Of a DNA stretch of 64,000 nucleotides, positions 26,052 through 38,146 are shown one piece after another. The stretch's first letter is position 1, and the number at the start of each line of letters is the position of its first letter. The stretch comes from a virus. Lineage: Duplodnaviria; Caudoviricetes. The DNA lies in the IMG/VR virus record IMGVR_UViG_3300021387_000075; one strand, written 5' to 3'. The position numbers were made by a program, and so were the translations under genes. The notes under the pieces are model-generated. The model did no database searches and was not told the origin of the DNA. It saw only the letters and a program-made list of their open reading frames with translations.

Positions 26052-27983
26052 TTAGTTTAAAAGGGCAAGCAACTATACCAACTATGCTTCGGTTAGGGTT
26101 GTATTGCCAATTGTGATTGTATTAGATGTAATTTTATCTAATTTCTATTTATCTTCTGCGGCTAAAAGGCCATCGTTGGCATCAGTCGCAAGCGTGTAAT
26201 CTATTACGCGCGAGTCTCCTAGGTTGGAGATAGTAGATGGCGCCGCGTTAAGTGTCTCCACATAAATCTACACATCGCGCTCGACCGCAGCTTCAAATTC
26301 AGGATTAGGGTTGAAGCTATCTATGGTCCAAATTGAAGTGTCCGGATCGAATAGTATAAAGACAACTGCGTTATCACGATATGAAGTAATGTAGGTTGTG
26401 GTATATGCGATGCTATTATAGCGCGAAATAGTGAAATCTGGATCACAATATAAGTTACTATATTGCTTAAAATCACCAAAGTCATATGAAACATTATCTC
26501 CATATTCTGTTGTGGTGTTGTCGTTTAAGTAACCAATTCTTGCCTAATGAATATTAGTTCCAGTACTATTACCTGATGCATCGCGCTCTGTCGTATTAAA
26601 TGTAATTTTAGTATTTTGCGCCAATGTATTAGGAAATAAGCAGAAGCCATATTTAGGACGAGAAGTTGCTGAGGTTGACCATCCTAAATAAGTTGCGGCT
26701 TCTGAGCTTGCATTACTAGCGGATATTAACCAGTTAACTGGCTTTAACCATTTGTTTGGGTCAGCCATTAGATTCTATTTTACATTAACATTTATAATTT
26801 TAACGAGGTTGCCGCATGTTACTTTCACCTGGCCCCATCCATAATTAGTGTAGGATGTTTTAGTTAATAGGCCATTACTAGTACTCGTAAATAAATGCGG
26901 GCTAAGTGATGAGAACTATACTTGGTCGGTTGCGTTCGAGGGGTTGATGAACGGCATCGGCAATTGTAAAGTGCGACTATTAAAGTCAAAAGCAAATGTA
27001 TCGTCCATAATGAGTGTATCGGCGTAAATAGTCGATGGCTCAGAGAGACTCTTTACAATTATATGATAATGGTCATCTAATAAGTATGCGCGATGTTCTG
27101 CCGTAGACTTATGTGTAGCGTTTCCGTTCTAATCAATCCAAAAATAAAAGTAAGCTGGCTCTTTTTTAGTAGTAAAAGAGTAGGAGTTGGCGCGATTCCA
27201 GTCCCAACTTGTCTTTACTACATCAGTATCAGGCTCAATGTTTCGATATACTAAGGAGTTAAGATTCGCTTTACCATCTGTGATTTCCATCGAAGCCGTC
27301 CCGTAGAACGCGGATAGACGTATTAAACTGGTGCCAGACCAGTTAATAGTAACTGAGGTATTCGCGGCCAAAGGTGCAAGATAAGTACCCCAAGCCGTCC
27401 TATCTTCGGATGAAGAGAAATAGATAGCTGCTATGTTATCCTCGTCCATTGAAGAGTTCCAACTTGCGGCAACATTCGATACATTATCCATTAAGTTCTC
27501 ATTGTCTAAAAAGATATCGGTTTCAACATTTATATTAACATACTTAACCTAATCGCCGCATTGTACTTTAACGCGGCCCCATCCATATGCTTCCGGGGTC
27601 GCGCGGGTAACGATGCCGCTTTCTGTAATAGAAATGATATTAGGCGTCATTGAAACGTATGTAAGCTGGTCCGTTGTATTGGTAGGCGTAATACTAATAG
27701 ATTGCGCGAGCTCTAATGCGCTTGTAGTGTAAGGCATTTCAATGCGGCTCGGCGCATCAATATAGACGCAGGGGATTGATATTTCTAGCTAATCCAACTT
27801 CGCCTTATCTGCTGCGCTCATAAGGCCATCAGATGATGTCGTTGCTACACCGAGGGCTCCTTGCGTGCGGAGTCCGTTGGCGGTATATAATGTCTTTCCT
27901 GTTAATACATCTGCGGCAGTAGCAGTTGTATCTGATATATCAATTAGGGTTTCATTTCCATATATAACTTTATTAACTGCCAT
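26052..27983 (-). CDS. tail fibre/decoration protein with Ig-like repeats (643 aa)
   Basis: Four ORF fragments in frame; DGLMSAADKAKLD repeats; repeated GWG.VKV.CG; C-terminal TLTEA[Q]LV[Q]LL. Confidence 0.7.
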
Positions 27984-27996
27984 TTACTATCACTCC

Positions 27997-28602
27997 TTAT
28001 GTTGGCGCAACAGTACCAATAGTTACGGTTACTCCGCCCGCGGCATTGTCGCTTTCTGTGTAAGCGATTGCCGCAACATTGATTTGCGTAATGCTATTAA
28101 AGTCGCCCAGGTCTGCTGGCGTAATAGTCTGCGCAGTAGTATAAGGAGTAACAGACGCGGCCGTAGCCTTAACGCCTTCACTGCCACTCATAGTACCAGT
28201 AACGCCAAGAACGGTAACGCCTTCGCGTATATTGGTTGCGATTATTTTTGCTTGCTCTGTCGCGGCAATACTTACTTTGCCGCTACCGTCGTGATAACCC
28301 TGGGGTACGGTATATTCGCCCGCGACAGTAGTAATAGTGCCTGCGACGGCGCCACGGTTTGGCATAGTACCTGTTAGTTTTGCGCCATTCTTATAGGCGG
28401 TTTTGCCTGTTAAGATTTCCGCGGCGACAGCAGTAGCATCGGATGTGTCTGCGTCGTAGGTGTTGGTACCAGTTGCGGGGGCGCCAGAAGGTAAGTGAAA
28501 TTTCTTGCCTGAGGCCACGTCTGCGGCGGTAACGTCATCCTACGTTAGGTCAATAAGGGTTTCACCGCCGTAGATAACTTTATTTTTATATTGATTTGCC
28601 AT
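27997..28602 (-). CDS. tail fibre-like protein (201 aa)
   Basis: NKVIYGGETLIDLT[Q]D; VPQGYHDGSGKV; NIREGVTVLGVTGT. Confidence 0.75.
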
Positions 28603-28615
28603 ATATATTCCTCCT

Positions 28616-28966
28616 TTATCCAATTATAACAGTATAGCCGCCAGCATCATTGCTGGTTTCGGCGTACGGGATTTTACTAATGGTAATATCATCAAGGAGA
28701 AGAGCGTTTGAAGTTCGTAATATCTAATCTAAATGTGCCATAGGCGTTACTTCATACTGGCCGTTGTAGCGTACTATATTACTCATCTGAGTCATAAAGG
28801 TACCAACTGCGGATTTGAAGTCTTCAAAAGAATCAGAATAACCAGTCTTTCGCGCCTATTCGTATAGTTGTAAGAATGTTAGGTTTAGATATGTTGAATC
28901 CCACGGATAAATAGAAGGCTGAATATTAGCTGGCACTGGCTATTGCGGCAACATATAACGATTCAT
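28616..28966 (-). CDS. structural accessory protein (116 aa)
   Basis: YNGQYEVTP..IPYAETSNDAGGYTVIIG, a C-terminus like that of the adjacent gene. Confidence 0.6.
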
Positions 28967-29026
28967 TTTTTCATCTCCTTTTGATACATAATTCCCATAT
29001 AATATGTTATAAGATGACAAAAGAAG

Positions 29027-29287
29027 TTAATTATTTTTTCCGGGTGGATTAAAATAAGTTGAACTTTCTATTAAATTACCGCATTTATTACAAACATAAA
29101 TGTAGTGAGTGGAGTAGCGATGACCTACTGTTTCCTTGAATTGGTAAGTTCCGCCGCAATAGGGACAGATGCCGTTGTTGTATGCGGTCGAAGAGCTACA
29201 TCCTTGTATTAGAGATAAGAGGAGGAGAACTCCTACTAAAATAAGAATTGTAATTAAAGAACCGGATGAATCTCGATTGTTATACAT
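29027..29287 (-). CDS. membrane-anchored Zn-ribbon protein
   Basis: TM helix, CPYC and CNKC. Confidence 0.6.
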   Translation of the reverse strand: MYNNRDSSGSLITILILVGVLLLLSLIQGCSSSTAYNNGICPYCGGTYQFKETVGHRYSTHYIYVCNKCGNLIESSTYFNPPGKNN

Positions 29288-29375
29288 TTAATACTCCTTG
29301 CGCCGACCCTGAGCGTAGCGAGGGGCCGCGGCGCCTTATTTTGTTTTTTATTATATTGTTATTATATGTTATGTG

Positions 29376-29516
29376 TACGGTCAACGATAATTTTTATACG
29401 TTCAACGTACACCTTTTTTAATCATTTGGCATACGTTCACCGTACAGGTGTACGTTCAACGTATACTTTAAACGCTACAAAAATATGTACGTTCACCGTA
29501 CTGTACGTTCAACGTA
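29376..29516. repeat. iteron-like array TACGTTCA(A/C)CGTA x6
   Basis: Copies at 29376 (variant), 29397, 29432, 29451, 29488, 29504; AT-rich flank. Confidence 0.8.
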
Positions 29517-29520
29517 CAGG

Positions 29521-29859
29521 TTATTCCATTATTTTTTTATAATTAATTTGAATTTTTTCATTTGGAATATATGTAATATATCCTTTTTCATTTAAGGCTT
29601 TTCGCGCTTCATTGTAGCGAGCGTGTGGCATTGCACAATACTTGCATATAGTTTCTTCTGCTGGTCTGAAAGTGCCATTTTGCTGTTGAAAAATTAGATA
29701 GAATAATAAAGTACGTTGATTCCCGGCCTTCCCTTCTATCTTTTCGTTAATTTTTTGAAATAATTCTGGATATATAATCCATATTTGTTTACCCGTATTA
29801 TAGGCTTCTTTATCTATATCGCTTGTTAAGGCGAGCGCCTTAGCATTATTTGTTGTCAT
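29521..29859 (-). CDS. winged-helix DNA-binding/initiator-like protein
   Basis: LLFYLI..PAEETICKYCAM..YNEARKALNEKGYI wHTH pattern. Confidence 0.6.
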   Translation of the reverse strand: MTTNNAKALALTSDIDKEAYNTGKQIWIIYPELFQKINEKIEGKAGNQRTLLFYLIFQQQNGTFRPAEETICKYCAMPHARYNEARKALNEKGYITYIPNEKIQINYKKIME

Positions 29860-29898
29860 ATTTATCAACTCCGTGTCAATTAGTGTAATAGTGTAAGA

Positions 29899-30063
29899 TT
29901 ATTTAGTGAGTTCCGCTACGGCTTGTCGTAACTCAGGTGTTTCTTCAAAATAATATACTATTAGATGAGTATATTTTTTATTTGGCGCCATTTTAATTAC
30001 ATTAAAACCACGCTTTTCAAGTTCACGAACAACCCGCCGCGAGAAAACAGGATATAGTGTCAT
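29899..30063 (-). CDS. DUF5659-like small protein
   Basis: VFSRRVVRELEKRGF..PN..VYYFEETPEL. Confidence 0.55.
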   Translation of the reverse strand: MTLYPVFSRRVVRELEKRGFNVIKMAPNKKYTHLIVYYFEETPELRQAVAELTK

Positions 30064-30068
30064 TAGAT

Positions 30069-30269
30069 TCACTCCCTAGTAATTGAATTTATTGTATCAG
30101 TAAAATGTTTTAATCCATCTTTAATTCCTAATGCCTTTGTACCGTTGGGAAGACTGCGTCCAATCACATAATTTTGAATACTGGTTGGAGTACAATGGCA
30201 TTCGCGCGCGAGGACTGTCATCGGAATACCAAACTCAACCAGTTGTTTTAATTTTAGGATATCATCCAT
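30069..30269 (-). CDS. XRE-like HTH protein
   Basis: GIPMTVLARECHCTPTSIQNYVIGRSLP. Confidence 0.65.
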   Translation of the reverse strand: MDDILKLKQLVEFGIPMTVLARECHCTPTSIQNYVIGRSLPNGTKALGIKDGLKHFTDTINSITRE

Positions 30270-30393
30270 TCTCCTCACCTCCAATATAATAGTGTTAATC
30301 CTAAAATAAAATTATAATAATTTCTTCTTTCCTTAAATAAAATTATTATAAAATAAAATAAAAGGATAGACTTCTTCCGTCTATCCCATTATA

Positions 30394-33300
30394 TCATAAA
30401 TTTATTTCTTTGTCAATTTTTAACTTATATAAACTCGAATCACGCGGGTCGGCGCAGGGATGTAAGGACATCTCAAAGGCAATTTGTGGTTCTGGTATAG
30501 TAAACATCTTATAATTACCCCAACCGCCATAGACATCAGTATTGTTTTGCTCCATAGTAATAGAGTTTAACTCTGGGTTCGCCCACATACTTATCATTGC
30601 CTTTTGTCCGCCAGTAATGGATGTGGGCAAATTAAGTAAAAACATAGTTGGTTCTTGCGCGTCAAAATCAAGCATAGTCAAATCGACTACGCGAGTGCCA
30701 CAAAATTCACACTTTCCGCCAAACTGAGGCAGGGCCGCGCCACAGTTAGGACAATTTGTTTTATTCATCTATTCTTTCATATGTTTCCTCAAATATATCG
30801 CCGCGGCAAGGGTAGTATTCGCCCTTAACACCGCGCACAATAAAGTTCCCGGGGACTGCGCGCATTTTACCTTCTAACGTATCAATTTCAAGATAGCATG
30901 AACGTGGTATGTAATGCGCCTTTCCTTCGCAAAATGCAATTACTTCTTCTGTATTATCTCCGAGCCATTGAATGGCTTCGATTTCTACTGGCTTCTTTCT
31001 ATACTTCATTTCCCTTGCATTCTCCATGACCTAATTGCGTTCGAGGCATCATGACCCATATCTTTTAGAAAAAGCATAAGCCATAGGCATAGACTAATAC
31101 TACTAAGACTACCTGCAATTAAGTGTAATACATGAATAGCTTCTTTCATTAGTTCTTCCATATTTCTTATCTCCATTGAGACTGCGCTCTTAGATGCATT
31201 GCTTCCATTACATCATCAACAAACTTATCGTGGACATTATATGCTGACAGCGCATTAGATACAAGACGCTCGGCCATTGACTTAATGATAGCTTCTTCGC
31301 CAATACGCCTGGCCTCTGCAACCATTTCGCGCGCACGCTGCTCCAATTTTTCCTTATTCTCTGGCTCAGCAAGTATCTTTTTAATTTCCTCGTGAAGCTC
31401 ATTCAGAAACTCTTTCTTAATATATTCTTCAAGGTCACTATCAGTAGTTTTATTCCAACCATGATTAGTAGCAGTTAGTTCGCGCCAAACCTTCTGCGCT
31501 TTGGCTTCCATTTCTTCCTGCGAAACAGAAGCGGCAAATAATTTCGCCATTTCTTGTCCGAATACCTTATTGATTTCAGCGTTAAGTTCCATACTTATCT
31601 CCTTTACTTAATATCCGCAATAGTTTCTACATAGCAATTGTAGTAAATATAGCGCTTGCCGTTCCAGTCAAATTTAATATAGCCCTGGTCCTGCTCGATA
31701 TCAATCTTACCTTCGTACTGTTTCAGGATAGTACCATCAGCCGTGTAAATAGTAATTACACGGTCCAATCCATTTTGTAATTCCGCTCGTTCATCAGTAC
31801 GCGCGCGAATACCACTCGCCGTGTTATTGTAATACCAGAATCCAACGCCAAATACAAGCGTAATTGCTACAATAATTGCGATTATTGACACAGCATACTT
31901 TTCTGTCATACAATATAGGAATACACCGCCACCAATAGCCAGCAAACTAATAAAAATACATCCAATCCATCCACTAATAGGCATTTTCTTATTCTCCTTT
32001 TACACAATGTATAATAATATGATATTCATCGTCCTTATCCAAAATAGATATGGGGACTTCCGCAATCTTATACCCTTCTCGTAAGGGTATATGAATAGTA
32101 TCAAAGCTCCAAGTGTTCTTTATAATATCAACTCTCGGCACTTTACTAAAATCGCCATCGCATCCTACGAGCACTAGCATTATAATTACAAGTAATCCAA
32201 TAAGCGCGACCTTATTCATCCGCATGATGCTGCCTCCATCGCGCGAGAGCGATATCCCGAGAGGGACTTTCGTATCCTTCATAGCCGCAATCATCACAGG
32301 AAACCCACCAGTCACCGTGTTCCTTATCATTAGGCAGGTAAGAGTGATGAATTGTATAGAAGGGACTGCCGCAATTCACACAGCACCACTTATGCCGATG
32401 GGCCTTTGCACTTTCCAACTCTTCCATCATTGTAATCTTCATATCCATTACCTCGCAATTAGTTTATAAATATCGCCTTCGTGGGATATGTACTTCCAGT
32501 TCTCTACTATATCCTGATACGATACACTATCAGGTACGCGCGCAAGCGTATACGTAATTGAGCTTTGGCCTATAAAAATAACTCCTGTAATTAAAAGTAC
32601 AGTTAGTATAAACAATACAATGCCATAAAATAGCATCAGATATTCGTGGTCGGTATAGAAGTCGATGAAGCAGAAGATAGACCCACCAAAACTTAAAATC
32701 ATAAATATCCCGCACATAACCAAAATACCGGGGTCATAATCAGGAACCACGTATTCGCATAATATCTCCATCCTTAATCCTCCAATCCAGAATGAGATTT
32801 AACCTCATCTTCCCATACATCCATATAATACTTATCCATCATACGTTCCCAGTTAGCCCAGCTGTAACCGCAGAACTCGCAGTACGAACTCTGACTCAAA
32901 TCCTCTACGCGCATCCTACAATGGCCGCAATATAACTTCCCATTCTTTTCTTTAAGAGTCGTAACCATTCCAAACATCTCCATATCGTTCTTGATAGTTA
33001 AAATTATAGCCGCAATTCAGACACTCACATACGTGCGTGGTGATATTGCCGTCTGGATTTACATTAACTCCATCTTTCCACATAGGCGGATAATACATAG
33101 CGGTTCTCGTACTGTACTTATCAATATACCACGACTCGCCGCATTTAGGACATTCAATCCTCTTCATCATCCAAATACTCACGCTCCTTTTCGCGCGCAA
33201 ACTTACAAATCATGTCCATTGCCTTCTCCGATGGATGGGATTCGGGAAAGCGCAATCCAACACTCACCAAGTCAAACTCCTTCTCTTCCGGATTCCAAAT

Positions 33301-34084
33301 TAAGTTTGCAACAGAGTAGCAATATTCCGTAATCCACTTCATCTGACCGCCGCGAGTTGTAACAAGTGTAGGCTCGCACGTATCCCATTTTACGACATCA
33401 AAGCGTCGTTCCCGCTTCTTTTCATATCCGGGAAAATAGGTAATGTTTCGTACTTCAAAGCCATCGGTTCTACTCATATTTAAGTCTCCTTTCCTTTTCC
33501 TACCTATATTATACCCTAGTTTCAGGAAATTGTCAAACCTTTATATCCCTATCCCAATACTTCTTAAAATGAAATAAAATTCAATCCCATAGGTCATACC
33601 AGTGGCAGGCTAGTATTGGGAATAGGTAGTCCCTTAGTTCCTCGAGAAACTCATATTCAAATTGAAATTGAAATTCGGCAATATCCTGCGCTCCACTTAC
33701 TAAGTCGCGTACTTCATCGTATTTAGAAAGCGGCATTTCCAATATCTTTTTGCGCGCATCCTTAATTTCCTCATCCATAAAGGAGTCAATTTGAAGTACT
33801 TCATATAGGTCCGCGAATACTCGAAGCCATTCTTCCCAACTCTCAGCTGTTGGGAACTCATCGCAACCTGGGTATCCCATACTTCTCTTACTAAGTTCGC
33901 GCATCATATTAGGAATCAGTTGGTCTAGATACACATCCATATTCCACAAATCAACCCAAGCCCATCCGTATCTCATACGATGCCAGGCGTTTTTCAGCCC
34001 AATATGCAAGTCCTTAAACCATTTCCACGGATGCGTCAAATAATATGTCTTACGATACGAAAAAAAGTATAACGGAATCTTCAT
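30394..34084 (-). other. cluster of ~12 small co-oriented genes (Zn-ribbon, KKPVEIEA family, membrane/lipoproteins, Lar-like Zn finger)
   Basis: Overlapping stop/start ORFs at 30394, 30761, 31167, 31604, 31989, 32212, 32448, 32774, 32952, 33154, 33581. Confidence 0.7.
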
Positions 34085-34299
34085 TTCTTATCCTCCTATA
34101 CGATACTTAGAATTTCCTGCGCCAATTCGCGCAATCCTCGTTCCATTAGTTGTCGCCGCTCTTCACTAATCCCACTTCCCTTCTTCATAAACGCATTCAA
34201 TTGCGGCTAAGTAACACCGCAATAAACTGCTAACGTGCGTTGCGGGATATTCGGCCCATCATTATCATTTAGTTCCCTTAATTTTTCCTATAATGTCAT
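34081..34299 (-). CDS. HTH protein (72 aa, TAG=Gln)
   Basis: MTL[Q]EKLREL..PQRTLAVYCGVT[Q]PQLNAFM. Confidence 0.6.
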
Positions 34300-34386
34300 A
34301 CTATCACCTCGATAATTATGGGATGAATAACTCACTCAGTTTATTGTAATTTATACGCACATCCTACTACGAAATAAAAGAAAGAG

Positions 34387-34550
34387 AAAAGATGGAAGTA
34401 ACCTACTCTGGTATAGTACGGGATGGCGTATACGAGAGCTCGACAAGCTCTGGCTAACATTTATGTCGGATACGGGCGAATAGGGATGTGTGCCGAAATT
34501 CAGTGAAAGTCAAGTATTTTCGGTATTTTCAAAGTTTTTCTCCATCTTTT
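34387..34550 (-). ncRNA. candidate structured ncRNA (~165 nt)
   Basis: TTGACA/TATAAT promoter at 34557-34585; terminal AAAAGATGGA/TCCATCTTTT stem with internal hairpins; no ORF in the track. Confidence 0.35.
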
Positions 34551-34613
34551 GTAATAATTATACCATAAAATTTTAAAAATGTCAAATATTTGACAACTAG
34601 TAAAATTGGTAAG

Positions 34614-34768
34614 GCGTGCCCTTCGGGCACGTAAATTATAAATTAACTTCCGTTCGGGCCTTCGGCCCTCACTCCAGTTAATTTATAATTTATATATAAA
34701 TTAAATTATAATAAAAAAAGTGAGTTTTTTTTTTACTACCTTATAGGGGGGGGGGGAGGTAGTAAAAA
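34614..34768. other. cluster of inverted repeats with G11 tract, candidate origin
   Basis: 17-bp arms 34632-34648/34676-34692; TTTTTACTACCT/AGGTAGTAAAAA around G11. Confidence 0.45.
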
Positions 34769-34900
34769 ATCGTCTCAAAAAATTTACTACAAAAAATTTC
34801 TAGTATTTTGGGGAAATTACAACAATTATTTTTTCATAAAATCAAACTCTTGATTTAAAATGAAATTCGTGTTATAATAAAGAAAAATGGGGGTATAGTT

Positions 34901-36247
34901 ATGGGCGTACCTAGTATTACTACTGTATCAGACCTATATTCCGAAGGGAAATTGAAATTCCAGAAGGGTCTGTTTAATATAATAAACTGCGGCGTTCGTA
35001 CTGGTAAAACATATTGGGCCGCGCATCATTTAGTGGATTACACCAGAGATGGCTTATACAATAGAATTTTAATTTTGACAGACACAACCGCGCTGAAAGA
35101 TTAGATTATTTAGGACTACGAAGAGTGCTGTAATGCAGATATTTTTTGGCGGCCGGGCGCAACCTGGGGTGAGGCCCCAAACCAAATAGGTATTATGTGC
35201 TACCAGAAATTCGTTTATATGCTGCTAGAAGATTCCAGCTTCTTAGACGACTTAGATGTCATATGTTGGGACGAATGTGATGCTATATTTAACTTCGCGT
35301 CCTCAGCTTTTACGCGCGCCCGCAAGACGGACTTCGCGCGCAAGGATATGTCTAACAGTGAGGTACTGGCGCACATACAAGCAGCTTCTACCAAGCCAGA
35401 GTATATGCCACTGGTCCTGTTAGGACTATGGGAGAAGATTATTCAGCATCAGGACATTTACTGTATTGGGCTTTCAGCTACGCCCGAGCGCGCCATTGCT
35501 TACTACAATGTGCTTACAGGCGCGAGCTACAAAGGAAAGATTGATGCGGGATACAGGTTTAAAGATGACATTTATTTCACTAATGTATTGGAGCATATAA
35601 AGACATTGGAGCCCGAGCAAGGGCACGGGTACTGGTGTTTCTCTCCATACATAGAACCCAACAAGGGCATAGTTGCAGCTGCTGAGCGCCAAGGTTTTAA
35701 GGCGATAGAGATTCACTCTCTTAGCAATACAGACAAGCCTATGAATGCCGAGCAGCGGCGTGTCTATGATAGCATTATCCATACCCATATCATTCCACCG
35801 CCTTACGATTTCGTGGTAGTGAATAATGCGTTAAAGACAGGAATTACAATAGAGGATACGCGCTTCGATCATCTCATTGTTAATTCCTTCCGTCCCGAAG
35901 ACAAGGAACAAGCAGCTCGTATGACCTTTCCCTATTAGCGGCATCAGCGTGTATGGTTGCCGCAAATCCCAGAAGAATACAGGGATACGTGGCTTACAGT
36001 ACAGCAATGTAGGGAGCTTGCGGAGCAGCTTGCTGTGTCCGACCTGGATAGGGCGCATAAGAATAGCGCGAAAATACTAACGTGGAACAGCTTAAAGGAC
36101 GTATTGCCGCTGGCGGGCTACACAGTGGAATGCTCGCGCAAACGCCTTAATGGCAAACAGATGCAGTGCTATAAAATTAGCGGAGAATGGCACGACATTG
36201 ATATGGTGGATCAGGAATTTGAGGAGCTTTTAGAAGCACATAAATAA
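34901..36247 (+). CDS. SF2 (DExD-like) helicase (448 aa, TAG=Gln)
   Basis: GVRTGKT, ALKD[Q], DECD, LSATP, TGITI, EQAAR; three ORF fragments in frame. Confidence 0.85.
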
Positions 36248-36277
36248 AAAGGGCAGCTTACGCTGCCCTTTATTTTT
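36248..36277. terminator. bidirectional intrinsic terminator
   Basis: AAAAGGGCAGC-TTAC-GCTGCCCTTTT between convergent genes. Confidence 0.75.
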
Positions 36278-36490
36278 TTAACACTCCACAGTCAAATCAT
36301 CGTTAATAGTGACGGGGCCACCGAAGACATCTTCCAGGTCAATCAGACGGTACGGCGTGATGTCAAAGCATTCGGGCCGCCTCATTCCAGCTCGCGCCAG
36401 CGCCGCAGCTTCCCAGCTCGCATACAGCTGACCCTCATATACCAGCTCGCACTCCTCAGAATTTACAAAGTCCAGCGCATAATACATCAT
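36278..36490 (-). CDS. small acidic hypothetical protein
   Basis: Own promoter at ~36527-36554 and RBS. Confidence 0.65.
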   Translation of the reverse strand: MMYYALDFVNSEECELVYEGQLYASWEAAALARAGMRRPECFDITPYRLIDLEDVFGGPVTINDDLTVEC

Positions 36491-36628
36491 TTCCAGCTTA
36501 CCCCTTTCTCTCTCTTTCTGTAAAAATTATACCCTAAATTTGAGAAAAAGTCAAATATGTATACTGTATACAACGGGCCGGCTTAAAAATAAGAAAGGAG
36601 CCCACTTGCGTGGGCTCCTTGTAATTAC

Positions 36629-37117
36629 TTACGCCTTCGTGTAATAGGTTTTCTTGTCGTTTTCCTTAACGGAGGGAACTAGCACGCCCTTCTCCACTAG
36701 ACGCTTCGCGGCGGAACCGACCTGCATTACGAGTACGTTATCAGCAACGGACTTGCCTAGCGCATTGCGAATGTCGGTAGCGGTGTACTCAGCGAAAGCG
36801 GGTAGAGCGGCAATCTTAGCATCTAGCTCATCACGGCGAGCCTGAGCTTCGGGATTGGGGCCCTTAGGAGCCTTTGGACGAGCAGCGCGCTCGGCAGCTT
36901 TCAGAGCAGACTCAGCTTCCCAGGCCTTATACTCAGCGACAGCAGCTTCCATATTGAAAGCAGCGTGGTTCTTGGTGTCCTTGGCTAGTGCGACCTGCAC
37001 AGAAACCTTAGCGACACCGTCTTCACAGGGGACGACGATAAAGTTAGTCTTGTTGGCGCGGGCATTCTGAGCGCCTTCGATACCGGTTAGGATGGTTTTC
37101 AGTTCATTAATAGTCAT
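36629..37117 (-). CDS. protein with C-terminal winged-helix domain
   Basis: YTATDIRNAL..VGSAAKRLVEKGVL..TYY; own promoter and terminator. Confidence 0.7.
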   Translation of the reverse strand: MTINELKTILTGIEGAQNARANKTNFIVVPCEDGVAKVSVQVALAKDTKNHAAFNMEAAVAEYKAWEAESALKAAERAARPKAPKGPNPEAQARRDELDAKIAALPAFAEYTATDIRNALGKSVADNVLVMQVGSAAKRLVEKGVLVPSVKENDKKTYYTKA

Positions 37118-37612
37118 TTTTTACTCCTTTTTACTCTTGGGTTTAGTTACGGCAGACCCACCTGCACAAATTTTTTATTTCGTTCTCTTGGAACACTTAT
37201 ATTATATCAGAAATTTGCGGAAAAGTCAAATGTTTGGTTCGAGAAAACTTGGAATCCAGTAGTAAATTTTTCCAGCATTTGCAGCTTCGAGGTCTAGGCA
37301 CATTTGTTCAGCTTGCGCCAAACTTAAAGTTACACATTCAATTCCAGTTTCTGGGGAATCTTCCAGCTCCCAGACGATAACATAACATCGTTCCATTTTC
37401 CAGCTCCTTTCTCTTTACACTATAATTATACACGAAATTTGCGCGAAAGTCAAATACTTGATAAATGTTTTTTGGATACAATCCGCAGCTTTCCAAATTT
37501 TGCCTCGAATTTTCACGCCGACGGAAATTCAGCTTGCGGCGGGTCCTTATGTTCCAATATGTGGGCCGAATATCGCAGCTCGCCGCAGGCCGAAAATCGG
37601 TGGAATCGATTT

Positions 37613-37714
37613 TTCCAGCTTCCAGCTCGTATAGAGTTTCCAGCTTCCAGCTGCTCCGTTGATTTCTCGGGGCAACTTCCAGCTTCCAGCTTCTTCCAGC
37701 TTCCAGCTTGCAGC
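37613..37714. repeat. TTCCAGC heptamer repeats
   Basis: Eight perfect copies as four tandem pairs plus one variant. Confidence 0.85.
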
Positions 37715-37785
37715 TTATTATACTAGGGGCCCACGTAAGTGGCCTGGCGCCTTATGGGATAAGGCTCGGGCGCAGACTCGGTGCC

Positions 37786-37850
37786 GTAACACTTGTGTAA
37801 CAGGGTCGTAACACTTCTGTAACAATTTCGTAACAAAAATTTAACAATTG
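37786..37850. repeat. 11-bp phased GTAAC repeats x6
   Basis: Units start at 37786, 37797, 37808, 37819, 37830, 37841. Confidence 0.85.
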
Positions 37851-37954
37851 CGAGGGCTTGACTTGCGCTCGGCGGTGTGATAGAATATAATGGGGGAGAA
37901 GAGGGGTTGGACGGGCCGGCTAAAAATTGGCCGGCTAGTCGGGCCGGCCCGAGG

Positions 37955-38146
37955 TTAGCTTGCGCTAACCTCTTCGATAATAACGTTGGTAAGTTTATAT
38001 ACTTTAGTCATATCAAATTTACATCCGCACTTATCACAAGTACAAGTCCACCACTGTTCGCCACCGAATTGGTCGAAGCTATCGCCATAGTCATTTACCT
38101 CATAGTCTTCACACCCGCATTTTGGGCAAGTTTCACTGTACGCCAT
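37955..38146 (-). CDS. Zn-ribbon small protein
   Basis: CPKC..CDKC. Confidence 0.7.
   Translation of the reverse strand: MAYSETCPKCGCEDYEVNDYGDSFDQFGGEQWWTCTCDKCGCKFDMTKVYKLTNVIIEEVSAS

Noticed and set aside
29376-29516. CRISPR array
   Set aside because: Repeats are 13 bp with irregular 3-24 bp gaps; no cas genes
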